From Felis catus (taxonomy: Eukaryota), in contig NC_058368.1 in assembly GCF_018350175.1 (NCBI RefSeq), positions 207,206,001 to 207,270,000 on the forward strand: a stretch of DNA of 64,000 nucleotides, given 5' to 3'. The notes below the pieces were generated by a model. The model searched no databases, had not been told where the DNA came from, and worked only from the letters and a program-made list of their open reading frames with translations. Made by a program: the position numbers and the translations under genes. Below, one piece after another: positions 1 to 12,260 of the stretch (positions within the stretch are counted from its first letter, which is position 1; every line of letters begins with the position of its first letter).

Positions 1-375
1 GGTCATCCCTCATCCTCCCTGCTCTCTGATCAGCTTGCCTTGCCAACGGAGGGCTGCCCGCAAACAGATGGTTGGCACTGGTCACACAGAGTTTAGGAGC
101 TTCTTGTAGACATCTCCATGACATACCCCTCTGCATCTATTGCGTTGTCTGGGTCTGCTTGGCTTCTATATTTACCTTCAAGCTCTGACCTTTCTATTCT
201 TGCCAGTGTTTTTGACAGATGAACTTAGAGACTCTATGATCCCTATTCTCTGCTTCAGATCTTCACTTCACCAGCTCCTCCCACATTTCCAGAAGATCTA
301 ATATCTATAATAAATCTCTTATTCCCCAAGTGCTCAGAGAGGCTTTGCTTCCCTGACTTAACCCTGATGGATGCA
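1..375 (+). mobile_element. 3' part of an old ERVL-type LTR
   Basis: AATAAA at ~309 followed by ...ctttgcttccctgacttaaccctgatggatgca, resembling the ERVL LTR terminus (...gaaccctgactgataca); family not resolved. Confidence 0.5.
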
Positions 376-690
376 TTTCTACTGTTTTATGGCTATGATC
401 TCAAATTTCAACCCTCCCCGATAAGATGTTTCCAACCACATTCTGACATAGAGTCTCTCCACTAAATTTACGATGGTAATAATTTCACTAACAACAATAA
501 TAGTGATAATAGCTAACACTAATACTTGTGAGGGACTGGCATTATTATGAACAATTTACTACTAAATGCTTAGATGTTTCTCATTCTCTTTAAGACTGCT
601 TCCTATTCTTTAAAAAGAAGATTATGTTTTAGAATGGGAAATATATTCTTCTTAATCCTGAGGTCATATTGGTATGAAAGGATCACAGGA

Positions 691-911
691 GGGGCACTTG
701 GGTGCCTCAGTTGGTTGAGAATTCGACTCTTGATTTTAGCTCAGGTCATGATCCCAGTTTCCTGAGCTCTTCCTCTTCATTTTGGCCCAGGTCATGATCT
801 CACAGTTTATTGAGCTCTCCCTCTCTGTGCTCCTCCCCAGCCTGCATTCTCTCTGTCTACCTCAAAATAAATAAATAACCGTAAAAAAAAAGAAAAGAAA
901 AGAAAGAAAGG
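691..911 (+). mobile_element. CanSINE (older type) with internal duplication/deletion
   Basis: GGGGCACTTGGGTGCCTCAGTTGGTT head, CT-rich tract, A-rich tail; TSD aaggatcaca(a)gga at 678-690 and 912-925. Confidence 0.9.
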
Positions 912-1099
912 AAGGATCACAAGGAAATCTAGGTCGGGGTGTAGTTAGGAGTATGGTGTGGGTAGCCAGGCTAGTCTGGGGACTGCTTTATTTATGTGGC
1001 AGAACAGTTACTGGTGGTTCTCTAAGATGTAAAGAACCATTGCCAAAAAGGCACCCAAATACTGTATATTGCAGTAACAGGACCTGCCGTGAATTTGTC

Positions 1100-1240
1100 A
1101 TATGTCAGATACTTTGCAAAGCTGTTCATATATATTATCTCATATAATCCTGCCTCTGACTCCAAAAGGTAGGAACTATCAGCCTCTTTTTATAGGCGAG
1201 AAAACTGAGATTGGACAAAGTAACTTGCCCAAAGTCACAC
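1100..1240 (-). mobile_element. MIR fragment
   Basis: gaaaactgag...aagtaacttgcccaaagtcacac is the reverse complement of the MIR core. Confidence 0.75.
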
Positions 1241-2239
1241 ATTGTGTATGTGATTGAGGCTTCTAATTGTCTTCCTAGATCCATTCTTTCCTGCGAGGGA
1301 CCCCCAAGTCTTAGCTGGACAGGTAATTGAGAATAACAATGACTGCATTCCTATCCTCCCTTGCAACTGGGTAAGTCCACTTGGCTATATTATGACCATT
1401 GATGTAAAAGTAAAAGTGGTGGAAAGTTGCCCTAGAGGGAAAGAGTATCGTCTTTTTTGCCTTCTTTTCTGATTGCTGTAATGCAGACATAATGATTGGA
1501 TCATCAGCGGCCAGCCTGGCTTTCCACATAACATTGGGAATGGCGGTCAAACACAGTGGAATGATATGCCATAAGAATCTTGAGTCCTTGATACTGGAAC
1601 ACCTTACACACTTGTCTCTAAGTTTCCATCCTATTTAAGCGAAAATTATTGGGTTTTTCTATAACTTGCAACTGAACCCGATCCCAATTAATACAATAAT
1701 ATAATCTTCTTATGTACATACACAAAAATAACACCAATAACACCCACCACCAGTACGGCCATTCATTCTTACAACTCTTTTCTCCTTATGGAAGATTGGA
1801 AATTAGAAATATGTCCCTGCAGTTACCGATTTCCAACCTCGAGTCTGAGAACTTACATTTATCAAGAGTCCCAGAAATTGCCAATTTTCCAACAACATGA
1901 CCTCTCATCAGAGTAGTAAGAATGGAGAGCTACTGCTAAACAGTGCCTGATTTTTTTTTTCTGTAATAGCACATTGCTGGGAAAATGCACTACTCAAGAC
2001 CATGAAAATTAAAATGACTTCAATCTTCCTAAGTGACATCCAATTGTAAAATTGAATGGGATGGCTTTTTAGAAACTTTAAAAGCATAGCCTTGATTCAC
2101 TTCCACATATGACTGCCTGAGAGGTTTTTTTTCTGTTCCTTTCTGTGTATGAGAGAGCTGAATTGTCTTGCCTTTGGCTTGCTAACAGGAGTATACAGGT
2201 TATTTCATAAGAGCTTTTTTTCCAAATGAAAATCAAACT

Positions 2240-2527
2240 TGCAATTATAAGATAAGTACCCACGCTATAATGTACAACATGATGACTATTGGTAACACTG
2301 CTGTTTGACACACAGGAAGGTTGTTAAGAGTGTAGATCCTAAGAGTTCTCATCACAGAGGACATTTTTTTTTACTTTTTTTCTTTTCTTTATGTTGTATC
2401 TGTACAAGAGGAGGGATGTCAGCTGAACCTATTACAATAATCATTTCACAATTCATGTAAATCAAATCATCATACTGTAGTTTTAAACTTATACAGTGAT
2501 GTATGTTGATTATTTTTCAGTAAAACT
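2240..2527 (+). mobile_element. L1 3' UTR fragment (older carnivore/L1MA-type)
   Basis: atgtacaacatgatgactattggtaacactgc...gtagatcctaagagttctcatcac...aatcatttcacaat...aaacttatacagtgatgtatg. Confidence 0.8.
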
Positions 2528-2790
2528 AAGAGTTACAAAAATCACAGAGGAAGGCTAAGAAAACAAAGCTCTTGTGAGTGTGACATGTACATGTGTAGGC
2601 AGCAAGGCTCATACACAACCTACCCAAGCTCAGAAGAGTTTTCCTAGTTCTGATCATTCTTAGGGCCAAATATCCAAGATCATCGATTTTTGTTGCCAAT
2701 AGCAATTTGGAAGGCAGTGGGTCTTTAATCACCAATTACACTGATTTCTGCTGGGCTTTAATAAGATTTCCCATAATTTATAACTTACTA

Positions 2791-3005
2791 GGGGTGCCTG
2801 GGTGGCTCAGTCGGTTAAGCGTCTGACTTCAGCTCAGGTCATGATCTCGTGGTCTGTGAGTTTGAGCCCCACGTCAGGCTCTGTGCTGACAGCTGAGAGC
2901 CTGACGCTTGCTTCTGATTGTGTTTCTCCCACTCTCTCTCCCTCTCCCCACTCGTACTCTGTCTCTCTCACTCTCAAAAATGAATAAATGTTAAAATTTT
3001 TGTTT
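2791..3005 (+). mobile_element. CanSINE (feline type)
   Basis: GGGGTGCCTGGGTGGCTCAGTCGGTTAAGCG head; 17-bp TSD taatttataacttacta at 2774-2790 and 3006-3022. Confidence 0.97.
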
Positions 3006-6000
3006 TAATTTATAACTTACTATGCACTCAGATCTGGATGAGGAGAGATAAATAAACTCTGTGTTAAGAATCGATTTTGGTATTGTCCTGTGATGACCTT
3101 GTAGGAGGTAGAAAAAACCACCTACGTTTGGGATTTTAAGATGCAATGAGACAATCCCTCTATAAATGAGCTCTCCTTAGATTCTAGATGCCAAAATTCA
3201 CCATTAGAGCTTCTTTTTGTTATAAGATCCATATATCTCTTATTTAATCTTAGACATGCCTGAAGCGAATAACATGCCAAGTAAATCAATTTCTTCCTAA
3301 GTATGTACCTCCAAATTAGACTGCAAAAGAAAAAGGGGCATTGGACCAGCACAGGGCCTCAGAAGCTCGTGTAGGCAGGGAAGCTCAAATGGCATGCTTG
3401 GGTTCATGCGGATCATTAGGAAAGCATTTTGTACCTTTGGGTGGAAGTTGAGGAAACAAAACAAAACAAAATAGTGAGCTGGCTGCAAGAAGCGGAGGTG
3501 ATGGGCTCAGAGATTTGTTTCTCTTACTGACCTCTGTATTGTTTTCAGATCATCAAACAGGCACTTGAAATCAAATCAATTCACTTCTCAGTAATACTCT
3601 ATCAGTGTGATGAGACCTGCTGTTGAACCCATTTTAAAACTGAAACATAAACTACTTAATCATTGATATCTAGTTACATATCCAAATTGTTTTAGCAATA
3701 TGTTTCCCAGAGTTTATTATATTGAGCAAGAATTTTTTTGGCATCACTGGAACTAAGCCAGAAAAGAAAGACATAGAGTTGATTCTATCTTTCTTTGGAT
3801 GGACAAGAAAAGCATGAAGGGTGAAGAAAATGCTCAACTGAATAAATACATCATCCCACAAGGAACCCTGTACCAGTTTGTTTGTCACCGTTACTACATG
3901 GCAATGCCTCCTTTTCTTGTTGTGGCATCCCTGCCTCTTTTCTGGAAGGAGCCAAGATCCAATGGTTAGTTTTTTGGAGGTATAGGACCCCTTCCTCCGG
4001 CCCCTTCCCTGTGAAAAAAGATAACTTTTTTGCACATTTGCCTTAATAGAACTGCTGCTTTTAATGTAGTAATCTTTGCAAATGAAAATGAAGTTAAGGC
4101 AGCCTGTCTGAAATGGAGACTCTAAAATAATGAAAAACAAATGCACAATAGATGACAGGCCCCAACAATCCAGCAGTGTGCACTTGTCTTCATTTGGAAA
4201 ATTCTGTTTCTGTTCGTGTATAACTGGGAGCCCAATCAGGGCTACAAAAAAAATAGAAGCTTCCAGGAACTGTCTTCATGTTCATGAGCCTGAGATCACA
4301 GCCTGGTTTTCTGTTTCTTCATTACTAGAGTACCATATGGCCTATTTCTACAGCAAACACTCATTTAAGATCATGAGAAAAGTTGCCATAATGCTAAGGC
4401 TTCAGGCCAAATTACACTGAGAGACAAAATACAAAAAATTCTGAGTGGTTGCTTTATTTTATTCATTTGTATATGATAATCATCTTGTATTAACATTTCT
4501 GCTACTCTAGTAGGTGACAGCATGCTGGATTCAGCTCTGAGTTTTAAGAAAGAAAATTACTTTCTGATTTCAACTAACATAAATCTATTCACATAAAATG
4601 GCTTCACAAATATCTTTCAAGTTATGTTTGTAGGCTCAGCCATCACAGGCATTTTAGAAAATATGTGCTCCTGGTCAGAGAGGAGAAGAAAAACATGTTA
4701 ACTTAAATTTGTGAAAAGCTTTCCCTATTTTCTAATACTCAGAGATTTGGAAAAGGAAATTATTTGCAAAGAAGGATGACAAAGGATCTAGACTTTGGGA
4801 AACCGGCTCACCAAATAAAAATAAAACAAGGACTTCCTGATAAAATTTTTAAAGGTTCACCATATTACCACATTTAGACCTCATCCGTTCATAATGGAAA
4901 ACAACGATCTTCTCACATGAGTGTCATATCCACGAATGTCTTCATCTCATCAGGGACAGCACTGCAAACTTCAGGAATGAAGCTGCTTGTGTTAGAGAGT
5001 CAGCAACTTCAAAGAAATGTTAAGAGTTTTCATTTCTTTGGAAGACTAGAGTTCGATCAGGAATCTCGTTGCTGCTGTTGTTGCTATTTGTTTCATTTTG
5101 TCGTTTGGACTTATATAAGGATGCAAAGTGACTGTTGTCTCCGTTTATCAAAAGTGAAGTTCCCACCCATGTGACCACAAGGCAAGGTATCATGGCTTTC
5201 AAAGTCTGATTCATTCAAAACATCTACATTATCGTTTTGAGGAATTGAGGATGAGAAGAGGGAAGAATGGCATTGAGAGTAGTGTGAAGGAAAGAAGACA
5301 ATCAAAGAAATGAATCAACAATGGGCATGAGCAGTAAGTAATTCAGCATTATTGAAAATATGGATTGAGGAATAAACACAGTGATATAATCCTGTGAGAT
5401 TCCAGAGACTCGGGAGAGGTGGACACATCTCACAAAGTGTAGACTGGAAGTTCAAGATTTTTATGTGGATATTAATGAGGAGAAATCCTACTGGAGGATT
5501 TAGATACATTTAGGTATCCTACTATGGCCTCCCAAAGTGGCATGTTAATGGTATAAATGAACTATAAAATATGCAGTATTTTAGACTTCTGAAGATAATC
5601 TCTTAAGGCAAAGGGCTTTTGTATACCATATTGAACCGAAGATGAAAGGGCATTTTTGGAAAAGGGAAGAGAAGGGCTTTTTTTTCCTTCATATTACTCT
5701 ACATAAAAAAATCTATTTTATAAATTCAAAGTAGTTTTATAATAAAAAAGCCAGATCTCTCTTTAGAGGAATTATCCTACTCTACTTAGGGTTGCTCTTC
5801 ACTTTATGATTTGCCAAGTTACCGCTCAAGGATAGTATCTCCCATTTCTTTAACACAATTGACCATTTTCGTCTCTTGTACATGATACTGACCTGGTACA
5901 CATTCAAGGAGGAAAAGGGGAGGAGGACAAGATATATCACATCAACTAGCATAACATCCTGCTGCTTAATCAGACAACTCTCAGGGGCCTACCACAATCC

Positions 6001-6137
6001 ACTGGACATCTATATGGGGTCCATCATAGTCCAATGGGGTGTTTACTGGGGAATCTTCTACTGGCTGACTCAAGGACACAGTGTCCTTCCATCTTATGAC
6101 TATGCCATGTCCAAGACCTTCTTCTGAGACATATATA

Positions 6138-6880
6138 TAGTAAAACCTTGGTTCGCGAGCATAATTCATTCCAGAAAATCCTTGTAATCCAAAGCACTTG
6201 TATATCAAAGCGAATTTCCCCATAAGAAATAATAGAAATTCAGATGATTCGTTCCACAACCCAAAAATATTCATATGAAAGTGATTACAATATTGTAATA
6301 TAATACAAAATATAAAGAAAAATAAACAAATGAACCTGCACTTATCTTTGAAAATCTTCATGTCTGTTGTGAGGGGGACAAAAGAGAGAAGGCTTATTGT
6401 GTAGGATGACTTTCACTATCACTAACAGAAACACTGCTCTCTGGAATCTTTTCCTTTCTTGCAACTTTAACAAGAAACCTATCCACTGACCTAGAATGAA
6501 GCAAAGCATTCATAAGCTTACTCTTGAACGGAAAAGTGAAGGACCGTCCATAGGTGCTTTGAAGTGACAAAAAAATACACCAATACACTAATTATGGGCA
6601 CCTTCCAACATTCTGAAAAATCACTGATTTCTGCCAAACGATGCAGCCTGACACTAAGCATCTGAACGTGGGAGATGATCACCCACAATCCCACAGTGAG
6701 TGAGAGAGTTGGGGGGGGGGGAAGAACCACTGGCTCAATTGTGATCCTGTGACGTGCGGTGTCACGTACGACTCGTATTGCAAGACATCGCTTGTTTATC
6801 AAGTTAAAATTTATTAGAAATGCTTGCTTGTTGTGTGGAACACTCGCAGAATGAGTTACTCGCAATCCAAGGTTTTACTG
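6138..6880. mobile_element. Non-autonomous Tc1/mariner-superfamily (pogo/Tigger-like) DNA transposon, 743 bp
   Basis: Imperfect ~24-bp TIRs: left TAGTAAAACCTTGGTTCGCGAGCA; right reverse complement CAGTAAAACCTTGGATTGCGAGTA; flanked by TA (left) and TG/TA (right); no transposase ORF recognised. Confidence 0.8.
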
Positions 6881-7713
6881 TGTATCTAATACTTTGGCGC
6901 AAAAGAATTTCAATTTCCAGAATCAAAGGCTGCAGTCAAATCCAAGAACTAAAAATGCTGCACCACCAACCACACTGTTACTGCTGCAGTTTTGAACGCT
7001 TTCCACCCCTGCTCACCTCTTGTACTGCTCATTGCACTCAGCATATGAAGTATGTATTTAATAAGAGGACATCTGGCTCTTCTTAATGTCTAAATTATCA
7101 AAATTTTATGCATCCATGTCAACCCCTGGTGTGTTTACTTTGAAACAGGTTCAAATAAAGTTCACTTTGACAGAAAGCTGTGATGACTTTAGGCACTAAT
7201 TAGCCTGGTCTAATGGTCAGAGGACTAAATGAAGTCAGCAGTCCCGTCTGTTAACGCCTTTTGGACCAGCATTGCCATTATCTCGCTGTAAGTATGTTTG
7301 AAAAGTCATAGCTCATTTTCTCCAGCTTTCACACAGAGATGATCCTAGGATAAAATAGGTCATTAAACTATGCTAGGCTCTGAGGAATGACAAACTCCAA
7401 TGCTGCCAAAGCTCCTGTGGTGACTCAAAAGGGTAGCAGAGTGGAGGCATAAAATGTTGCCCTGGGACCTGATGTTTCATAAGCCCTAGACTCATACCTT
7501 AATTGAAGAGCTGTTCCAACGCTTGAATAATCTGATTTGGGAGGCTTCTGCATTTGAAATGCTGGATGGTCCATTGCAATAGCTCATCTCATCCACATTT
7601 CCTCCACAGTGGAATGTGGTCATCCATTAGACTAGAACAAAAGAAGCAAATTTTGGAAGCACGGTGTGTATTTGATTTTTATTAAAAAAAGAATAAAATA
7701 AAGCTCAGCTAAT

Positions 7714-7906
7714 ATATTTTTTAAATGTTTATTTTTGAGAGAGAGAGAGAGAGAGGCATAGAGAGAGGGAGGCACAGAATCTGAAGCAGGCTCCAGGCTC
7801 TGACCTGTCAGCACAGAGCCTGATGTGGGGCTCGAACCCACGAACCATGAGATCATGACCTGAGCCGAAGTTGGGTGCTAAATCGAGTGAGCCACCCAGG
7901 CGCCCC
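7714..7906 (-). mobile_element. CanSINE
   Basis: Ends ...gagccacccaggcgcccc; TSD aagctcagctaat at 7701-7713 and 7908-7920. Confidence 0.97.
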
Positions 7907-8264
7907 CAAGCTCAGCTAATGTTAATGTAGAGCTTGTTGCCATCAGGCTCACTCAGACCTCTGTAACTTAAGGGGGGGAATTACCCTGAAGGAAAAGTGG
8001 AAATTCCTAGAGCATTTGGAGAAGTAAGTGAAGTGGATTTTACTATGTGATTTTAATTAAAGTAATCCTCATTTTAAAGATGGGAAAAGTCTATAAAATA
8101 TCCTTCTAAGAAACGGGGAATTGAACATAATATTGCACATATAAGCCCAAATGATCAACCCCCAAATGGCAGCACTGACTTCTCAGGTCTTTGTTAGCCT
8201 CAATGGGAGGGAGGGTGTCAAGAGTAATAAGCCCATGAGATGATGTCATAGGGGTGTATCTGGG

Positions 8265-9635
8265 GGAAAAAAATCAAGAGAACTTCTTTGATCTCTTTAT
8301 TGTAAAGAAGACAATTTTTAAATGATTAGCGAAATAATACTGAAGAAGATATAGTTTATATATACAATGGAATACTAGTTGGCAATGAGAAAGATGAAAT
8401 CCTGCCATTTGTAGCAACGTGGATGGAACTGGAGAGTATTGTGCTAAGTGAAATAAGTCAGTCAGAGAGACAGGTATCATATGTTTTCATTCATATGTGG
8501 AACTTGAGAAACTTAACAGAAAACCACGGGGGAAAGGAAAGGGAAGAATTAGTTACAGAGAGGGAGGAAGGCAAACCATAAGAGACTCTTAAATACAGAG
8601 AACAAACTGAGGGTTGAAGGGGGGAGGGAGGGAAAAACGGGTGATGGGCATTTGTCGGGATGAGCACTGGGAGTTGTATATAAGCAATGAATCATGGGAA
8701 TCTACTCCCGAAGCCAGGAGCACACTGTATAAACTGTATGTTAGCCAACTTGACAATAAATTATATTAAAAAAATAATAAAATAAAATAAGATTTGATAA
8801 ACATAAAAAAAGGAAATGATACTTTTCTTAAGAAATCTCTGCTTTGGAAAAAGTATTTTGAAAATGGATGTTTGGAGAAGCTTCCGTTATTATATGGTTT
8901 TGATGCAGAAAGCAATTAATGTGGGCAATGTAAAAAATCTTTAGAAAAAAATCACCTGGATATAAAATTTTCTGGCTTTTCGGATTTTTTTCAAATGAAG
9001 GGTTTCAGTGGATTTTGACCTCATTTATTAAAATTGTATAAATCCAATTGTTTTGTATGAATAATCAGTTGACCTTGAGGATTATATAAATTTACTACTC
9101 AAATTACCAAACAAACCCTTTACTTAATTTGTGCCTGACATTTAAAAATAGCATTGTGACTTAGCAAACATAGCCAATAAAACAAGATGCATTTGTTTTA
9201 TTTGAGTTTGCATACATTTGTGGGGATGGTCCTCAGCTATAACAGTCAGTCGTACCAAGTATCACAAGGAATTACCTAGAAATCAAGGGAAAATATACTG
9301 ACTTACATTTAATCACATTCCTAACCTCCCCTCTCCCCTCCAAAACCAGTCCACTAACCTGTGTGGATTCACCTTTGTTTTGGTTTTTATTTTGGTGGGG
9401 GAGAAGTGGTGACTGCAAATAGCTAAAATTAAAAATTAATTTAAAATCATTTCCTCATACTATTTTTACTTTCCATTTCGTTTTTACTTAAAATTTACAG
9501 AGCATATTAGAATTAAAATACATACACAAATTATAACTTAATCAAATATATATTTACTATAGGAACATGCTGAAGAGGTACACACTCAAGTACTTTTTAC
9601 TGATAAAGGAGCATAATAAAAATTTTAGAGATACA
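8265..9635 (+). mobile_element. hAT-Charlie transposase-end relic, interrupted by an L1 fragment
   Basis: Decayed reading resembles the Charlie transposase C-terminus (ctttggaaaaagtattttgaaaatggatgtttggag = LWKKYFENGCLE); Charlie-like end aggtacacactcaagtactttttactgata. Confidence 0.5.
8342..8812 (+). mobile_element. 5'-truncated L1 (ORF2 end, 3' UTR, A-tail)
   Basis: tatacaatggaatac...atcctgccatttgtagcaacgtggatggaactggag...gctaagtgaaataagtcagtcagaga; A-rich tail; TSD gaaat(a/g)atact at 8331-8341 and 8813-8823. Confidence 0.93.
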
Positions 9636-10089
9636 ATATAAGGCTACAAAGACAGGTGTATCAGCTTACATATGAAAGGAGCTTATGATATAAATATCAT
9701 TGGTCTCTGTGTCTCACCCTTACTCCCTAACAATCCTGCTTCAACTGCATCTATCTTGCAAATTTATCCAATATGCCTTATAAAAATAATGGAATCGTAT
9801 ACAAATGAAATTACTATAATGTTCCCATCCAACCCACTGATTCTTTCAAGGAAACCCTAAATAAGTTCCGTAAAAATCAAGTATGGCACCTACTTAAATC
9901 AGGGTTACAAATTATACAAATATTTTTCACATAGTTATTGTGATCCCCTCAATCCTCAAATTTTAACCACAGTGTGAAAACCAACTGTGGCGTTATAAAT
10001 GACAACAATAGTAGTAAACATAATGAGTGAATGTCAGACATTTCACAGATCCACAAATAACCTGATTCTCCAAGGTTATCACTTCAATG

Positions 10090-10260
10090 ATATGAGCTGT
10101 GGATTTAGAATAAAATGATCTGCTTTTTGGACTGATTTTTCTTATTATCTAACTGTAGACAAACCATTTACCTTCTCTCTGCTTCAGTTTCTTCACATTC
10201 AAATTGAAGATATCTGCTCTATCTCAAGGGGCTGGTGAAGGTATCAGATAATATAAACTA
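10090..10260 (+). mobile_element. MIR fragment
   Basis: tttaccttctctctgcttcagtttcttcacattcaaattgaagata resembles the MIR core. Confidence 0.6.
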
Positions 10261-10799
10261 TAATCACTTATATTTGACATAATTTGATACAAATAATGTT
10301 GTTATCTTACAGCCTATGTACCAAGCTCAGAAATGAGGTTGTAGATGTATAAAGAATAGAAAGATACACAAAGACTAGGAATATAAAGATTAGAATGCTC
10401 AGTCCAAAAAAAGCATAGGTTGAAAAGGCAGATAATTTAGACAGGAAGCTGATTTTTGATGGATTAAGCCCAAATCAGGTACAAATCTGAAATGTACATT
10501 CTGCATCGGTAGTACAACTATTATTTTTTTCTACTTGAGTCCTAGATGAAGTTGACATTTGCGAGTAATCAGGTCATTTGTTATGTAAACACTTACCTAG
10601 AAAATCAATAAGAACTCAAAGCAGATGTACTCATGGGCTGTTCTTTTTAAAATAGATTGTTGCCCTAGCCTGTAATCATTATATCCAGCTGAGTTTGTGA
10701 AGGAAGTCACAAAGGCATTTCTCTGAATCATTTAGCTTCATAATAAGCGACTTAATTTCTCTGAATTTTGTATTTTTACAAATATTTGGCTCTCTGGGT

Positions 10800-10965
10800 C
10801 TGGGTTCCAAGAATTTTGCAGAGTTCAGTCCAGCTGGTGTCAACAACACCGTCCTCTCTCTAGGCAGCATCCTTGGAACAGCTCCCCCTGTGGGAACGGT
10901 GGGCATAACACATTCCAAGGACTGGATGGGGGCGGGGAGCCTCCGATTGCCCCCGTCCAGCACCC
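10800..10965. promoter_or_regulatory. Candidate enhancer: GC-rich patch with STAT(GAS)-like, RBPJ, CTCF-like and GC-box motifs
   Basis: TTCCAAGAA 10805-10813; TCCTTGGAA 10870-10878 and TTCCAAGGA 10913-10921 (inverted pair); TGTGGGAA 10889-10896; GGGGGCGGGG 10928-10937; motif evidence only. Confidence 0.3.
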
Positions 10966-12043
10966 AGGTCAACTGATGGTCATATCCTTTTGATTACCTC
11001 CTCCCACATAAAGTAACATACATAATTTGAGATATACATAATATCTCTTTTATTTTGATTAATCCCTTCCTCTATCACATTTGAAAAACTTTTTTTTATC
11101 AAAGGTGGCATCTAGTGACATCTTCACTATTTTTTTTCTAAACATACTTTCTTATAAATACTCAAATCAGACAGTTCACCTTAGCTTACCATATTTTCAT
11201 TCTGTGTTCAATATAAAAATAATGTTTGAAATTTGATTTTAATATAAAAAATAATTGTTTAAATTCATCATATTTTCGATTTTTATAATGTGTTCTAGGG
11301 GGTAGGCACCCTAGCACACCAAGAGTAGTTAGCATCTTTAAAATAAGATTTCCCCATTGAGACTTTTTCATAATTACAAAAATATTGTTCTCTCATGGGA
11401 ATAAGCTATCAGTCGGATCTCACACTCAGCCCTTTGGTCCCTCTCTCCGGATATCGAGTAAAGCTTAAGTAATTGACAGTGTGCTCACTTGGGCTTGGCA
11501 TTCAGCTCGGAATCTACAAGGACCGAGCACAAGACAGACATTATCATTGTCTTATTAAATGCTTTTCAGAAGAGTTCCTTTTAACAATACAAATAACTGT
11601 GATGGGTAGGCTTTGGAGTTAAAGGAATGGATACATAAATGCACTTCCCCAAAATAAAAATGTTTTGTGTTTTTTACACGAAGGCTTAAATTACCCATTT
11701 TGATTTCACTATAAACATTCACAGTAATAATACCTAATTTTTAAAGCTTTACCTTGTATAACTTTTTGTCTTGTTTGTGTTTTTCCAATTTAGTAGACCA
11801 CTATATCCATGCACGAATAATGGAGAAACTAACTTTTCCAGGGTACCACACACAGTCTTGGCTTAACTTAATATTTTTTCTTAAATGGTATTATATTCAC
11901 ACTTGTGTTCAATGTTTGCCTCAAATTCTGATATCTGGTTTCGCAGTGTGCCTTCCACCCTTCCAAGCCGATTATAGCTTTCTGATTATTTGTATCAAGT
12001 ACTTCTGTTTTATTAATCATGAAGCATTTATTCTTCTCATTTT

Positions 12044-12260
12044 CTTTTTTTTTATTATATTTATTTAGTTTTGATAGACAGGGTGAGACAGAGAGCGAGT
12101 GGGGGAGGGGCAGAGAGAGAGGGAGACGCAGAATCTGAAGCAGGCTCCAGGCTGTAAGCTGTTAATACAGAGCCCGACATGGGGCTCGAACCCATGAACC
12201 GTGAGGCCATGACCTGAGCCGAAGTCGGACACTTAACTGGCTGAGCCACCCAGACGCCCC
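12044..12260 (-). mobile_element. CanSINE
   Basis: TSD tattcttctcatttt at 12029-12043 and 12261-12275. Confidence 0.97.

Noticed and set aside
3606..3647. Box C (GTGATGA) ... box D (CTGA) with a short terminal stem, as a possible snoRNA
   Set aside because: Only ~42 nt, too short for a C/D snoRNA, and no recognisable guide sequence
3670..4146. 158-aa minus-strand ORF
   Set aside because: No recognisable domain, non-ATG start, composition typical of chance AT-rich ORFs
4912..5015. Possible minus-strand coding exon (TTGAAG acceptor, GTGAGA donor)
   Set aside because: Stops in all three frames from that acceptor; peptide from the inner acceptor not recognised
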